Of a stretch of 52,469 nucleotides of DNA, positions 16,911-27,639 are shown in pieces. The notes below the pieces were generated by a model, which was not told the origin of the DNA, made no database searches, and saw nothing but the letters and a program-made list of their open reading frames with translations. The translations under genes and the position numbers were made by a program. Within the stretch, counting starts at the first letter, position 1. Each line of letters starts with the position of its first letter. The stretch covers positions 1 through 52,469 of the forward strand of contig CBFCYP010000003.1 in the NCBI GenBank assembly GCA_965602185.1. The letters are read 5' to 3'. Source of the stretch: an uncultured bacterium. GTDB lineage: Bacteria; Zixibacteria; MSB-5A5; UBA10806.

Positions 16911-18572
16911 TTATTTTCTTTTTCTTAAAAGAAGTGACCTGTTCGGATCGCGGGTTTCGCCCGCTGAGGTGACATAGACCCCCGGTTTACCCGAGATCGG
17001 GCAGGCGTATTCGCAGGCGCCGCATCCGGTACACTTATCTATATCGACATGAGGCAAACGGACTATTTTTTTGCTGCCCTGTCTGTCGATTACCTCCACG
17101 TCCTCCAGCCAGATCGCTTTCGGAGAAGTCGGGCACCACTCCTCGCATACGATGCATGTTGTTCCAAACGCCCAGGGCAGGCATCTGCCTTTATCGAAAA
17201 ACGCCGTGCCGATTTTAAGGGGCGGGGGTCCCGTCTGACCGAATTTCTCATCGGATTTCAGTTTGAGTATGGCCCCCGTCGGGCAGATCTCACCGCATAG
17301 AGTGCAGTAATGCTCGCAATACCCGATTCTCGCCATAAGAATGGGGCTGAATATACCCTCCCAACCGGTTTCGAGCAGGGTGGGTTGGAGGGCATTGGTT
17401 GGGCAGATTTTCATACACTGGCCGCAGCGTATACATTGTTTGAGAAAATCCTCCTCGATCAAAGATCCCGGCGGTCGAATAAAAGAAGCCTCGTTTACGA
17501 ACTTGTCGCCGCTTCGAATCACCGGAAAAGCAACAAGCCCCGCAATACCGGCCAGGATTGTCCTCCGCGTCGTAAGATCCGGTTTGGGATTGTATTGTTT
17601 TAGATAAGGTTGAAATCTGAACGATAGAGCATTTTCGGGACATACCGCTATACAATTCAAACATAAATGGCATTCCGCTCGTCGGTGCGGGATATCTCCA
17701 TGAGGATCGTCACCCCCCTGGCAATGCAGGAGACACAGGTTACAATCATTGCACCTCTCCGTATGTTTATACAATCCGAATAGAGAATAACGGCTCAGGA
17801 TTCCCAGGAAAGCCCCCAGGGGGCACAGTCCTCTGCACCAGAATCGCGTGAAGATGCGGTTGGCGACAAGGATAAATAAGAATATAAGCGCCAGCCAGAA
17901 AATACCGTGGAAGTGGGGTTGTTTGAGATAGGTAATTGTCCCGGAAGAGATTTTGAAGATAGCCGCTCCGAAAAATCTGAAAATCGAAAAAGAAGAATCG
18001 GAAAGAGCAGTCGCAATATAATTTACGGCGGAATTTAACGCCGGGATTATTACCATGCCGAAGGATCTTGCCGCAATGGTAATGGGGTCAAAAAGCCCGG
18101 TTTGAACCGATCCGGCAATGGCAAGCGCAATGAGACCGAAAAGGATATAATATTTCCAACTCTGGTATCTGTGGTATCTGTTGGAATCAATCAGGCTTTT
18201 GCCCTTCCTGCTTTTTCTTTCGGACTTAAAGCTGGACATGGCGTGATTGAGCGTTCCCAATGGGCAAACCCATCCGCAGAAAAAGCGTCCGAAAAAAATG
18301 GTACCTGCTATGACAATCAGACCCAGTAAAAGCGTGGATAACAATACCCAGGCGGAAATGCCTGTGGCGAAACCTGTAAGGGGATCGATGTAGAAAAAGA
18401 GGTTCAGCCACTGAGAGGGCGCATTTATTTCTCCGGGATTTCCGGATGAAGTGAATGAAAACTCTGCCAGGTACAGCAAAACGATAAAAAGCAACAGGAA
18501 AAAACCCTGAGATAATCTGCGTATGTTTCTTATCCTTTTAATCCGACGGGTGGGATAGAATTTCTCGGCCAT
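16911..18572 (-). CDS. Membrane 4Fe-4S polyferredoxin (NapH/MauN-like fused to NapG/MauM-like)
   Basis: GRFFCGWVCPLG, RFWCRGLCPLG, several CxxCxxCxxxCP motifs, IRPPGS..CIRCGQCMKICP. Confidence 0.85.
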   Translation of the reverse strand: MAEKFYPTRRIKRIRNIRRLSQGFFLLLFIVLLYLAEFSFTSSGNPGEINAPSQWLNLFFYIDPLTGFATGISAWVLLSTLLLGLIVIAGTIFFGRFFCGWVCPLGTLNHAMSSFKSERKSRKGKSLIDSNRYHRYQSWKYYILFGLIALAIAGSVQTGLFDPITIAARSFGMVIIPALNSAVNYIATALSDSSFSIFRFFGAAIFKISSGTITYLKQPHFHGIFWLALIFLFILVANRIFTRFWCRGLCPLGAFLGILSRYSLFGLYKHTERCNDCNLCLLHCQGGDDPHGDIPHRRAECHLCLNCIAVCPENALSFRFQPYLKQYNPKPDLTTRRTILAGIAGLVAFPVIRSGDKFVNEASFIRPPGSLIEEDFLKQCIRCGQCMKICPTNALQPTLLETGWEGIFSPILMARIGYCEHYCTLCGEICPTGAILKLKSDEKFGQTGPPPLKIGTAFFDKGRCLPWAFGTTCIVCEEWCPTSPKAIWLEDVEVIDRQGSKKIVRLPHVDIDKCTGCGACEYACPISGKPGVYVTSAGETRDPNRSLLLRKRK

Positions 18573-18575
18573 ATT

Positions 18576-19541
18576 TTAAATCTTCTCAATAAGTTTATAA
18601 TCTTTGATTTTACCCAATCCTCGCGACTCCGCCGTTTTCAGGAATCCCAGGGAATCGGGCTTTAGATCCAGAAACCTGCAGGAGTAGGAATCCGCGGCCA
18701 CCTGGTCGGTGGAAGCGATGATAGTATGATAGGTTTTGACATCGGATAAAGATCCCCCCAGAGGGCCGTTACGGAAAAGAACGCGGGTGGCATCTACGAT
18801 AATCAGGGTGGGTCTGAAAAAATCCGCCAGGTCGGCGATGGAGGTATCGATCTGCTGGTGGAGTCGACCCCGGGGCCCCCCGAGAATCCCGTACCAGTTT
18901 TTCATGCCCACCGTCATCCTCGTCAGGTTGTGATGTTTAACGACGGGCATGTTTATCAGTTTATCGGTCTCGATAAACGGCCTTAGAACCGGCCACTTGC
19001 CTAGAATCTCACCGCCCAGGTCGACATTTACAAAACGATGCTTTTCCGGATAGATTATTTTTACGCCGATTTTTTTTGAAAGCCCTCCTATTCCCGATCG
19101 AAGGAAGGTCCGCCTAAAATCGTTACAGGGAGCATCGGTTATTATTACTTTTGCCGCTCCCGCGTCGAAACAGAGTTTCGCCACAGCTTCGATTAAAACA
19201 GGATTGGTGTTAGCTCCCTGCTCCGGCGTTCTATCCCAACCTATATTGGGTTTTATGGTTATGATATCACCCCGGGATACGAATCTGCCGATTCCCCCGA
19301 TCAATCCGATGCCCGTGGCAATCGCATCATTGTAGTCTTCGGATTTTATACTCACCAGATCAGGATATTCGGGGCTCGGAGAAACCGACTTATCACAATC
19401 GATATTAATCGCGATTTCCCCCGATGGCCTGTAGACGTTTTTCGAGATTAAATATCCGCCGCTTCCCATAACGGCCGTCAGCAATGACGCTTTTCCCGCC
19501 AATTTGATGAATTCCCGGCGTTTCAATTTGTCTTCACTCAT
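18576..19541 (-). CDS. DUF362 domain protein with Tat signal
   Basis: KRREFIK twin-arginine motif; IKPNIGWDR..ANTNP, INMPVVKHH, GMKNWYG motifs. Confidence 0.85.
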   Translation of the reverse strand: MSEDKLKRREFIKLAGKASLLTAVMGSGGYLISKNVYRPSGEIAINIDCDKSVSPSPEYPDLVSIKSEDYNDAIATGIGLIGGIGRFVSRGDIITIKPNIGWDRTPEQGANTNPVLIEAVAKLCFDAGAAKVIITDAPCNDFRRTFLRSGIGGLSKKIGVKIIYPEKHRFVNVDLGGEILGKWPVLRPFIETDKLINMPVVKHHNLTRMTVGMKNWYGILGGPRGRLHQQIDTSIADLADFFRPTLIIVDATRVLFRNGPLGGSLSDVKTYHTIIASTDQVAADSYSCRFLDLKPDSLGFLKTAESRGLGKIKDYKLIEKI

Positions 19542-19792
19542 GCCAATCCTCCGACAGGTATTAATATTGTATTAGTTTTGCTAATTTGCAAGGGAATGGT
19601 GTACAGCTCGGAAGGCGCCGGATATTTATAGTGTTAACCATCCATGATTTAAAAATTACTTGTTTTTGGAAATAAATCGATTAGATTTTATGTTTTAAAT
19701 GATGCCGGATATTTAAAAGAGGTGTAAATAAATGGAATCCGGGATCGATAGTAATTAGAGAGGATTGATATTTTTCAAATAATTGGTTTTGC

Positions 19793-19818
19793 AGACGGGT
19801 TTATCCCGTTTTTGTTTT
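19793..19818 (+). terminator. Terminator-like hairpin directly upstream of valS
   Basis: AGACGGG-TTTAT-CCCGTTT-TTGTTTT. Confidence 0.45.
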
Positions 19819-19834
19819 AAACAGGCAGGGTAAA

Positions 19835-22507
19835 TTGGCAGAAGTTATGATCAGGAAAATTCCCAAGGCGTACGATCCTCATAAGGCGGAAGGATTATGG
19901 TACCCGCGATGGGAAAAATCGGGTATGTTTCACGGAGACCCGAATTCCGATAAGAAACCGTTTTCTATAGTTATCCCTCCGCCGAATGTCACAGATATCC
20001 TGCATCTCGGCCATGCCCTCAATAATACCCTTCAGGATATATTGATTCGCTGGAAACGTTCGATGGATTTCGAGGTGGAATGGCTGCCCGGTGTGGACCA
20101 TGCCGGCATAGCTACACAAGTTGTCGTGGAAAAAAACCTTACAAAAGAGGGCAAATCCCGTCAAGAGTTGGGTCGCGAGAAATTTCTGAAAAAAGTATGG
20201 GATTGGAAGGAAGAGAAATTCGATTTAATCCTCAATCAATTGAAAAGAATCGGATGCAGCTGCGACTGGGAACGTAAAAGATTTACCATGGACGAGGGCC
20301 TGTCTCGCGCCGTAAAGGAAGTTTTTATAAGATTATATGAGAAAGGGCTGATTTATAGGGGAAATCGCCTTATTAACTGGTGCCCTCGCTGTTTGACAAC
20401 CCTTTCGGATGATGAGCTTGAGCGCGAGGATATCGATTCCCACCTGTGGTATATAAAATATAAAATTAAAGGTTCGGACAGGTATTTGACGGTCGCAACC
20501 ACGCGTCCCGAAACCATGCTGGGTGATACCGGCGTGGCGGTTAATCCCAAAGATAAGCGTTATAAGGATCTGGTGGGGAAATCGGCGATACTTCCTATAC
20601 TCGACCGCGAACTTCCGATAATAGCCGACGATTACGTTGACGTGGAGTTTGGCACGGGCGCCGTTAAGGTAACTCCCGCGCATGATCCCAACGATTTCGA
20701 GATCGGGAATCGCCACAGCCTCGAAAAATTGAATATCTTAAATGACGACGGCACTTTGAATGAAAACGCCGGCAAGTTTTCCGGTATGGATCGCTTTGCC
20801 GCCAGGAAAAAACTGGTCGAAGAATTAAAAGAACATGGCTATCTGGACAAAATTGAAGATCATAAACTGGCGGTGGCAACCTGTTATCGATGTGAAACGG
20901 TGGTGGAGCCGTATCTCTCGATTCAATGGTTTGTAAAGATGGAGCCTATGGCGAAACCTGCCATCGACGCTCTAAAATCCGGGGAGCTCAAATTCCATCC
21001 CGCCCACTGGTCGAAAACCTACCTTTACTGGATGGAAAATATTCGGGATTGGTGTATATCGCGACAGCTCTGGTGGGGGCATAGAATTCCGGCATATCAT
21101 TGCAGGGCTTGCGGGGAGATAATGGTTTCCCCCGAAGCTCCGAAGGAATGCAAAAAATGCCAAGCATCGAAAATCGAGCAGGATTCCGACGTTCTCGATA
21201 CCTGGTTTTCATCATGGCTCTGGCCTTTTTCGACATTCGGCTGGCCGGAAGATACGCCTGAATTAACGAAGTTTTTCCCCACGAAGGCATTGTTCACCGC
21301 TTCGGAGATAATCTATCTCTGGGTTGCCCGGATGGTAATGGCCTCATATGAGTTCACCGGTAAGCTTCCTTTCAATGACGTTTATATACACGGCACCGTG
21401 CGGGATGAAAACGGCGAGAAGATGTCGAAATCCAAGGGTAATGGGATCGATCCCATCGATATAATTGACAAATATGGCGCCGATGCGCTCAGGGTATCCA
21501 TGATCCTCGCCACTCCCGAAGGGCAGGATCCGCTTATCACTGAAAAAAGCTTCGAACTCGGTAGAAATTTCGCGAACAAAATCTGGAATGCCGCGAGATT
21601 TGTAGTTACGAATATGAACGGATATGATCACAGGTCAACGTTAGACACAGATCTAAAAGAGCTGGAGCTTCCCGATATCTGGATTTTATCAAGGCTGGCT
21701 AAATCAATCGGTCAGGTGAATAATTATCTTTCGGGGTACCGGTTCAATACCGCGGCCAAAACGGCATATGATTTTATCTGGAAGGATTATTGCGACTGGT
21801 ATTTAGAGATGATAAAACCGCGTCTCGCGAAAAACCAGACCGAGGAGGTCAAAAAAAAGGCGCGTCTGGTTTCCGGATACGTGCTTGTTCAGATTTTGAG
21901 GTTGCTGCATCCGTTTATGCCGTATGTCACCGAAGAGGTTTATCATATATTGCCCGGCGTTGGTGAGGATGAATTCCTCAATAATCTGGGCTGGCCAAAA
22001 CCACCCTTGAAATATATAAATGATGATATAGAGAAAGATTTTGAGCTGGTTCAGACCGTTATCGGGGCGATCCGCAATATCAGGGCGGAGATGGATGTTC
22101 CGCCCGGCAAAAAGGCGGATGTCATAATAAAAATCCCCGATAAAAATGCGGCCCGAGTTTTAGAAAATCAGAAAACTCAACTTATCACTCTGGGAAAAAT
22201 AGGGAATCTCGATATTGGCGACGACGTCAAGAAACCGCCTCTGTCGGCATCGGCGGTTATCCCGGTAGGGGAAATCTATATTCCGCTCGAGGGTTTAATA
22301 GACCTCGAAAACGAGCGGGCCAGACTCGAAAAAGAGCTTCAAAAACAGAGGCAGTATCTTGAGAGAGTCAAGAAAAAACTGGCTAATACAGATTTTCTGA
22401 ACCGGGCTCCCTCGGAGGTTATAGAAGCGGAGAAAGAGAAAAAGGTTCTCGCCGAGGATAGCATTGGCCGCCTGAATAAAAACCTGGAATCTCTCGCCGG
22501 TTGGTAG
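19835..22507 (+). CDS. valS: Valine--tRNA ligase
   Basis: PPPNVT..LHLGH, DHAGIATQ, TTRPETMLGD, DWCISRQLWWGH, KMSKS, C-terminal coiled coil. Confidence 0.97.
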   Translation: MAEVMIRKIPKAYDPHKAEGLWYPRWEKSGMFHGDPNSDKKPFSIVIPPPNVTDILHLGHALNNTLQDILIRWKRSMDFEVEWLPGVDHAGIATQVVVEKNLTKEGKSRQELGREKFLKKVWDWKEEKFDLILNQLKRIGCSCDWERKRFTMDEGLSRAVKEVFIRLYEKGLIYRGNRLINWCPRCLTTLSDDELEREDIDSHLWYIKYKIKGSDRYLTVATTRPETMLGDTGVAVNPKDKRYKDLVGKSAILPILDRELPIIADDYVDVEFGTGAVKVTPAHDPNDFEIGNRHSLEKLNILNDDGTLNENAGKFSGMDRFAARKKLVEELKEHGYLDKIEDHKLAVATCYRCETVVEPYLSIQWFVKMEPMAKPAIDALKSGELKFHPAHWSKTYLYWMENIRDWCISRQLWWGHRIPAYHCRACGEIMVSPEAPKECKKCQASKIEQDSDVLDTWFSSWLWPFSTFGWPEDTPELTKFFPTKALFTASEIIYLWVARMVMASYEFTGKLPFNDVYIHGTVRDENGEKMSKSKGNGIDPIDIIDKYGADALRVSMILATPEGQDPLITEKSFELGRNFANKIWNAARFVVTNMNGYDHRSTLDTDLKELELPDIWILSRLAKSIGQVNNYLSGYRFNTAAKTAYDFIWKDYCDWYLEMIKPRLAKNQTEEVKKKARLVSGYVLVQILRLLHPFMPYVTEEVYHILPGVGEDEFLNNLGWPKPPLKYINDDIEKDFELVQTVIGAIRNIRAEMDVPPGKKADVIIKIPDKNAARVLENQKTQLITLGKIGNLDIGDDVKKPPLSASAVIPVGEIYIPLEGLIDLENERARLEKELQKQRQYLERVKKKLANTDFLNRAPSEVIEAEKEKKVLAEDSIGRLNKNLESLAGW

Positions 22508-22647
22508 TAATAAACCTGTTTTATATCCGCAGGTATTTAAGCATATTCCCCCAAAAATAACTTGCCCCATATAAAAATTTGCGATATGTTGGAATACGTT
22601 GTAGGTTGGGGCGTATATATTGCAAACGCTCTAACCGGGAGGTAAAG

Positions 22648-24015
22648 ATGAAAAAGTTTGTTCTAACATTAATGGCGATTTTATTATTTTCCTGGCATAT
22701 CCATGCCGATGATGTTTCGCTGACCATTTACAACAATAATCTCGGGCTGGTAAAACAGACCAGATCCCTGGAGTTCGATAAGGGAATTAGCTTTGTCAGG
22801 TTTGACGAAGTGGCGGCGTTGATTGATCCCACCTCGGTGCATATCAAACCCTCGTCGTCGGGCATTGCGATTCTCGAGCAGAATTACCAGTATGATCTTA
22901 TCAGCACGCAGAAGATGATGCAGAGATATCTGGGCGAGGAGATCAGCCTTCTCACCGAAAACGGAGATTTGCATCGAGGAAGTCTATTATCCTTTGACGG
23001 CAAATATATCATGCTGAAGGGATCATCCGGCGAGATAACCATCACCAACGCCGAACAGGTCGTCGATTATCGGTTCGGTTCGATACCCGAAGGATTGATT
23101 TTGAAACCGACCCTGGTCTGGCTTGCGGAGTCGGACAAAAAACAGAAGAGTGGATGCGAGGTAAGTTACCTGACTGACGGTTTGAACTGGCATGCGGAAT
23201 ATGTAGCGGTTGTGGACAAGGATGATAAAAATCTCGATCTTTCGGGCTGGGTATCTATTGATAATAAAAGCGGGGCGACATACCAAGACGCTACCTTGAA
23301 GCTTGTGGCCGGCGACGTTCATAGAGTTGTCGAACGACCTGCGCCCAGAGGACGGGGAGAAGTCACCTACATGCTTGATGCAAAAGCAACAGCGCAATTC
23401 GAGGAAGAAGCATTTTTTGAATATCATCTGTACTCGCTTACCAGGCCGGCGACGGTGGCGGACAATGAAACAAAACAGATTTCGCTGTTCCCGGAGACGA
23501 AAACGACCGCGGAGAAGGTATATACTTTTGAAGGTCAGTTCTCCGGCTGGAGACCGCAACAGGGAAAATCAAAGATCAAGGTGAATCTGGAATTTGTAAA
23601 CTCCGAGGAACGCGGTCTGGGAATGCCCTTGCCAAAGGGCAAATTGAGAGTATACAAGGCTGACAGCAAGGGCCAGTTGCAGTTCATCGGCGAGGACCTG
23701 ATCGATCATACGCCCAAAGACGAGAAAGTGCGGGTATTTCTCGGCGAAGCGTTCGATATTACCGGCGAGAGGAATAAGATTGATGTGGTCGATCTCGGAA
23801 GCTGGCATAAACGCGAGACATATGAAATCAAGATTAAAAATCATAAGGATGAGGATATCATCGTTACGGTGATCGAATCTACGCCGGGATGGTGGGAATG
23901 GCATATCACCAGATCAAACCATGAATTTAAGAAAGTGAGCGCTTACAGGGTCGAATTCCAGATCCCGGTTAAGTCTGATGGAGAAACGGTGTTAACTTAT
24001 ACAATAGAGTATTAA
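22648..24015 (+). CDS. Exported DUF4139/DUF4140 domain protein
   Basis: GGAGGT RBS before ATG 22648; signal peptide; LTIYNNNLGLV, EQNYQYDL, FEYHLY, PLPKGKLRVY, IDHTPKDE. Confidence 0.85.
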   Translation: MKKFVLTLMAILLFSWHIHADDVSLTIYNNNLGLVKQTRSLEFDKGISFVRFDEVAALIDPTSVHIKPSSSGIAILEQNYQYDLISTQKMMQRYLGEEISLLTENGDLHRGSLLSFDGKYIMLKGSSGEITITNAEQVVDYRFGSIPEGLILKPTLVWLAESDKKQKSGCEVSYLTDGLNWHAEYVAVVDKDDKNLDLSGWVSIDNKSGATYQDATLKLVAGDVHRVVERPAPRGRGEVTYMLDAKATAQFEEEAFFEYHLYSLTRPATVADNETKQISLFPETKTTAEKVYTFEGQFSGWRPQQGKSKIKVNLEFVNSEERGLGMPLPKGKLRVYKADSKGQLQFIGEDLIDHTPKDEKVRVFLGEAFDITGERNKIDVVDLGSWHKRETYEIKIKNHKDEDIIVTVIESTPGWWEWHITRSNHEFKKVSAYRVEFQIPVKSDGETVLTYTIEY

Positions 24016-24027
24016 TATGGAGGAAAG

Positions 24028-25047
24028 ATGAGGAGAGGATGGCTTGAAATAGCCGTAATCTTAATGATCGTCGTCTTTACTCTTTCCGGTTGCGCGAATA
24101 AATGGGTGACATCCGGAAAGATCGCGATGAACGGGAAGAACTACGATAAAGCTATTGTCGATTTCAAGAAAGCGCTGGAAGAAAATCCCGAAAACGGGGA
24201 GGCCCATTACTATCTTGCCGTTTGTTACAAAGAGAAGGAAGATTACAGGGAAATGCTGACGCATCTGGAATCCGCGGAAACGCTGTATCTCAAAAAAGCC
24301 GACGATATAAAAGAATTGAGACAGGAAGGTTGGACGAAACTCTTCGAATCGGGAAAAAATAAGGCGGAGGAGGATAAGTGGGAGGAATCCCGTGATGATT
24401 TCTCGTTGGCCACTGAGTTTTTGCCCGACAGGTACCAGTCGTTTAGCTATTTGGGTTATGTCTGGCAGCAGCTAAATGATAACGATTCCGCCTATTTCTA
24501 TTATTCCAGAGCATATGAGATTGCGCCCGACGAGATGCTCGTTTTGGAAAATTTTGCCGCTCTTTGTTTCAATATCGGCAAATACGATCGCGCTGAAGAA
24601 TTGTATAGGAAATTAATTGAAAAAGATCCCAATCACGCGAATGCAATGGCCAGGCTCGGTGATATTTATGGCGGGAAAAAGGAATTTCAAAAAGCGGTGG
24701 ACTATTACAACCAGGCGCTGGCTATAGAGCAGGATAACAGCAACCTCTGGTTTAATCTGGGAGTTCTTTATTTCCAGCAGATGAAAGACAATGAAAATGC
24801 TATTACCGCTTTTACGAGGGCCGTGGAATTGAGTCCGGAAGATTTGGATGCCTTCATAAATCTCGCGATAGCGTTGATAATGGCCGGCCGCTACGATGAA
24901 GCGGCGAATAAACTATCGGTTTACGTCGAGGATAATCCTGACGATTGTACCGCATGGGACCTCTACAGCCAGGCGCTTCTTCGCAAGGGCATGAGAAAAC
25001 AGGCGCAGGAGGCATATAAGAAATTCGAAGAGTGCTCCGGAAAGTAA
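24028..25047 (+). CDS. Tetratricopeptide-repeat lipoprotein
   Basis: Lipobox LSGC; repeated A...F.KALE.NP.N..A.Y.L TPR pattern. Confidence 0.85.
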   Translation: MRRGWLEIAVILMIVVFTLSGCANKWVTSGKIAMNGKNYDKAIVDFKKALEENPENGEAHYYLAVCYKEKEDYREMLTHLESAETLYLKKADDIKELRQEGWTKLFESGKNKAEEDKWEESRDDFSLATEFLPDRYQSFSYLGYVWQQLNDNDSAYFYYSRAYEIAPDEMLVLENFAALCFNIGKYDRAEELYRKLIEKDPNHANAMARLGDIYGGKKEFQKAVDYYNQALAIEQDNSNLWFNLGVLYFQQMKDNENAITAFTRAVELSPEDLDAFINLAIALIMAGRYDEAANKLSVYVEDNPDDCTAWDLYSQALLRKGMRKQAQEAYKKFEECSGK

Positions 25048-25071
25048 GAACATTTAAAAAATAGTGATTAC

Positions 25072-25107
25072 GGCAGCCTGTGCGTTCTAACGATACGGGC
25101 TGCCTTT
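25072..25107 (+). terminator. Terminator-like hairpin
   Basis: GGCAGCCTGTG...TACGGGCTGCC-TTT. Confidence 0.55.
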
Positions 25108-25132
25108 AATTTCCAAGTTTATCGTAAGATTT

Positions 25133-27574
25133 ATGTACGTTAAAATCGCCTTTTCCATACCGTACGTCGAGTATTTCACCTATAAGATTAGTCCTGATTT
25201 AGCCGAATCGGCCAGACCCGGAATGCTGGTTTTGGCTCCATTCAGAAATCAGTCGGCGGTGGGAGTGATTCTTGAAATTACCGAAGATTGTGATTTGCCG
25301 GAAAAGGAACTTAGAGAGATAATCGGATTCGGCGATCCCAATCTAACGGTGGCTTCCGATATTATGGCTCTTGTGCGGCTGGCGGCCGGGCGCTACGGCA
25401 CAACCCGGGGAACTGTTTTTAAGTCGGCGTTACCGCCCGGTTCTCTTCAAATGAAAAAGGCGTATTTTCATCCCGGTCCATTGATGGAGAAAAGAAAATT
25501 CTCAGAAGACGTAAATAATTTCCTGGAATATATCCGGTCTTTTCGGGGCAAGGTATCCTACAAGGATTTAGAGCGTTTTGATGGAATCAAACGCTCCATG
25601 GTCGATGAGATGATTAATAATGGTGTTTTATCTTTATCGCGTTTTACGCCTTCAAAAAGACCTGAAAGAAAGGGACAGGAAAGGTGGTTGAAAGCAATCG
25701 TCGCTCATGTACCGGACTCGACAACTATGAGCGAGAAATCAAAAAACCTGCTAAAATTTCTAAACGGTTTTAAAAACGGAATCAAGTACTCTGCATTGAA
25801 AACCTCGGGTTTCTCACCGTCGACTGCAAATACTCTCTACCGCAAAGGATTTATTGAATATGAATACAGGGAAAAGGATCTGCCCGATACGATCGGTTTA
25901 AAATCGCTTGAAAAAGAAAATATATTGGAATTAACCTTATGGCAGAGATCCGCGTTGGAAAAGATTGAAACTGCTTTGCGGGCGAAAATTTATTCCGGAT
26001 TTCTACTTTACGGGGTCACGTCATCGGGGAAAACCCAGGTATATCTTGAGGCGGCCAGGATAACTTTGAGCCAGGGCAAGTCGGTGCTTGTGCTGGTGCC
26101 GGAGATTTCGCTCACCCCGCAGATAGTGGAAAGATTCGAACGATTTTTAAGACTCAAGCCTTCGGTGTGGCATTCCGGCCTGACGCCGTCGGAAAAATAC
26201 TTAATTTACCGCGCTGCCGGAAGCGGGAAATCACGGTTAATAATTGGGGCGAGATCCGCGGTTTTCTGTCCGCTTCGGGACCCGGGATTGATCGTGGTCG
26301 ATGAGGAGCAGGATCATTCCTATAAGCAGGACGACCCGGCGCCCAGGTACAACGCCCGCGACCTGGCCCTGGAGCGAGCGAAAATTAATAAGGCTGCGGT
26401 CATTCTCGGTTCGGCAACCCCTTCCAGCGAATCGTATTACGCAGCCCGTTCGGGCAAACTGGAAATGTTGAATCTGCCTCAACGGGTAACCGGCGGTCCC
26501 AAACCTGAAGTGCGAGTTATATCGACGAGGATCGATTCCGAAAAAGGGCGAGTTTCCGTATTTCCAAAAGGGTTCTGGCCGATTTCAATCCCTCTGTACG
26601 AGGAACTTTCGATCAGGTTAAAGAATCGTGAGCAGGTAATAATTCTGTTAAACCGCCGCGGATATTCATCCGCCCTGGTTTGTTTCGAATGCGGTTGGAT
26701 CGGGAAATGTCCTGATTGCGAGATAGGATGGACATACCACAAAACCGGCAATAAGCTTGTCTGTCACTTCTGCGGGAAGGAAAAAAAGGGATTATCTGTC
26801 TGCGAGCAATGCGGATCTACAAGATTGAGTTATAGAGGGGCGGGGACTCAACGCCTTGAGGAAACGTTAAAAAGCATATTTCCGCGGATCGATATGGAAA
26901 GGCTTGATTCGGATATTGCCTCAAAACGCAGAGAATCGCAGAAGATCCTGGAAAGGTTCGGTAGAGGAGACTTCCGGATACTGCTTGGTACCCAGATGGT
27001 GGCCAAGGGCCATCATTTTCCCGGGGTCGGTTTATCGGCGGTAATCGGGGCGGATATCGGGATATCACTTCCGGATTTTCGAGCGTCCGAGAAGGTCCTG
27101 CAGCTTCTTATTCAGGCCGCCGGCCGGGCCGGAAGATCGGTAATAAAAAAAGATCCCGGGCTGGTCATGGTGCAGACTTTTTCGCCGGACAATCCGGTTT
27201 TTAAATATCTAAAGAAAGAAGATTACACGGGATTTCTGGAAAGCGAACTGAAGATTAGAGAGGAACTGGAATACCCTCCATTCAAAAGAATCATACTGAT
27301 TATTGTTTCTTCAAAAGATAAAATAAAAGCGAAAAACGGGGCTTTGAGATTGAAGGATCAAATCGCGAGAGTTATTATTGAAAAAAAGATTAAAGCCCTG
27401 GGACCGGCGGAGGCTCCCATCTTCAAAAGGGGAAATTTATACCGTTATCAGCTACTTCTTAAAACGGATGTTCTTTCGGAACCGGATCCTGTTTTTGAAA
27501 GTATTAATAAATTCGCAAAGGAGACGAAAGGAATTTCGGTTATTCTCGATGTCGATCCCATGAACTTTCTTTGA
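25133..27574 (+). CDS. priA: Primosomal protein N' (replication restart helicase)
   Basis: GVTSSGKT, VPEISLTPQ, VDEEQD, four CxxC zinc motifs, GTQMVAKG, QAAGRAGR. Confidence 0.95.
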   Translation: MYVKIAFSIPYVEYFTYKISPDLAESARPGMLVLAPFRNQSAVGVILEITEDCDLPEKELREIIGFGDPNLTVASDIMALVRLAAGRYGTTRGTVFKSALPPGSLQMKKAYFHPGPLMEKRKFSEDVNNFLEYIRSFRGKVSYKDLERFDGIKRSMVDEMINNGVLSLSRFTPSKRPERKGQERWLKAIVAHVPDSTTMSEKSKNLLKFLNGFKNGIKYSALKTSGFSPSTANTLYRKGFIEYEYREKDLPDTIGLKSLEKENILELTLWQRSALEKIETALRAKIYSGFLLYGVTSSGKTQVYLEAARITLSQGKSVLVLVPEISLTPQIVERFERFLRLKPSVWHSGLTPSEKYLIYRAAGSGKSRLIIGARSAVFCPLRDPGLIVVDEEQDHSYKQDDPAPRYNARDLALERAKINKAAVILGSATPSSESYYAARSGKLEMLNLPQRVTGGPKPEVRVISTRIDSEKGRVSVFPKGFWPISIPLYEELSIRLKNREQVIILLNRRGYSSALVCFECGWIGKCPDCEIGWTYHKTGNKLVCHFCGKEKKGLSVCEQCGSTRLSYRGAGTQRLEETLKSIFPRIDMERLDSDIASKRRESQKILERFGRGDFRILLGTQMVAKGHHFPGVGLSAVIGADIGISLPDFRASEKVLQLLIQAAGRAGRSVIKKDPGLVMVQTFSPDNPVFKYLKKEDYTGFLESELKIREELEYPPFKRIILIIVSSKDKIKAKNGALRLKDQIARVIIEKKIKALGPAEAPIFKRGNLYRYQLLLKTDVLSEPDPVFESINKFAKETKGISVILDVDPMNFL

Positions 27575-27577
27575 TTC

Positions 27578-27606
27578 TTGACCGCGGGAATGTAAATGCA
27601 TAAATT
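27578..27606 (+). promoter_or_regulatory. sigma70-type promoter
   Basis: TTGACC-17nt-TAAATT before the HD gene. Confidence 0.5.
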
Positions 27607-27639
27607 GGGATTTTTGAGATGGTGATTGCGAGACAATAG

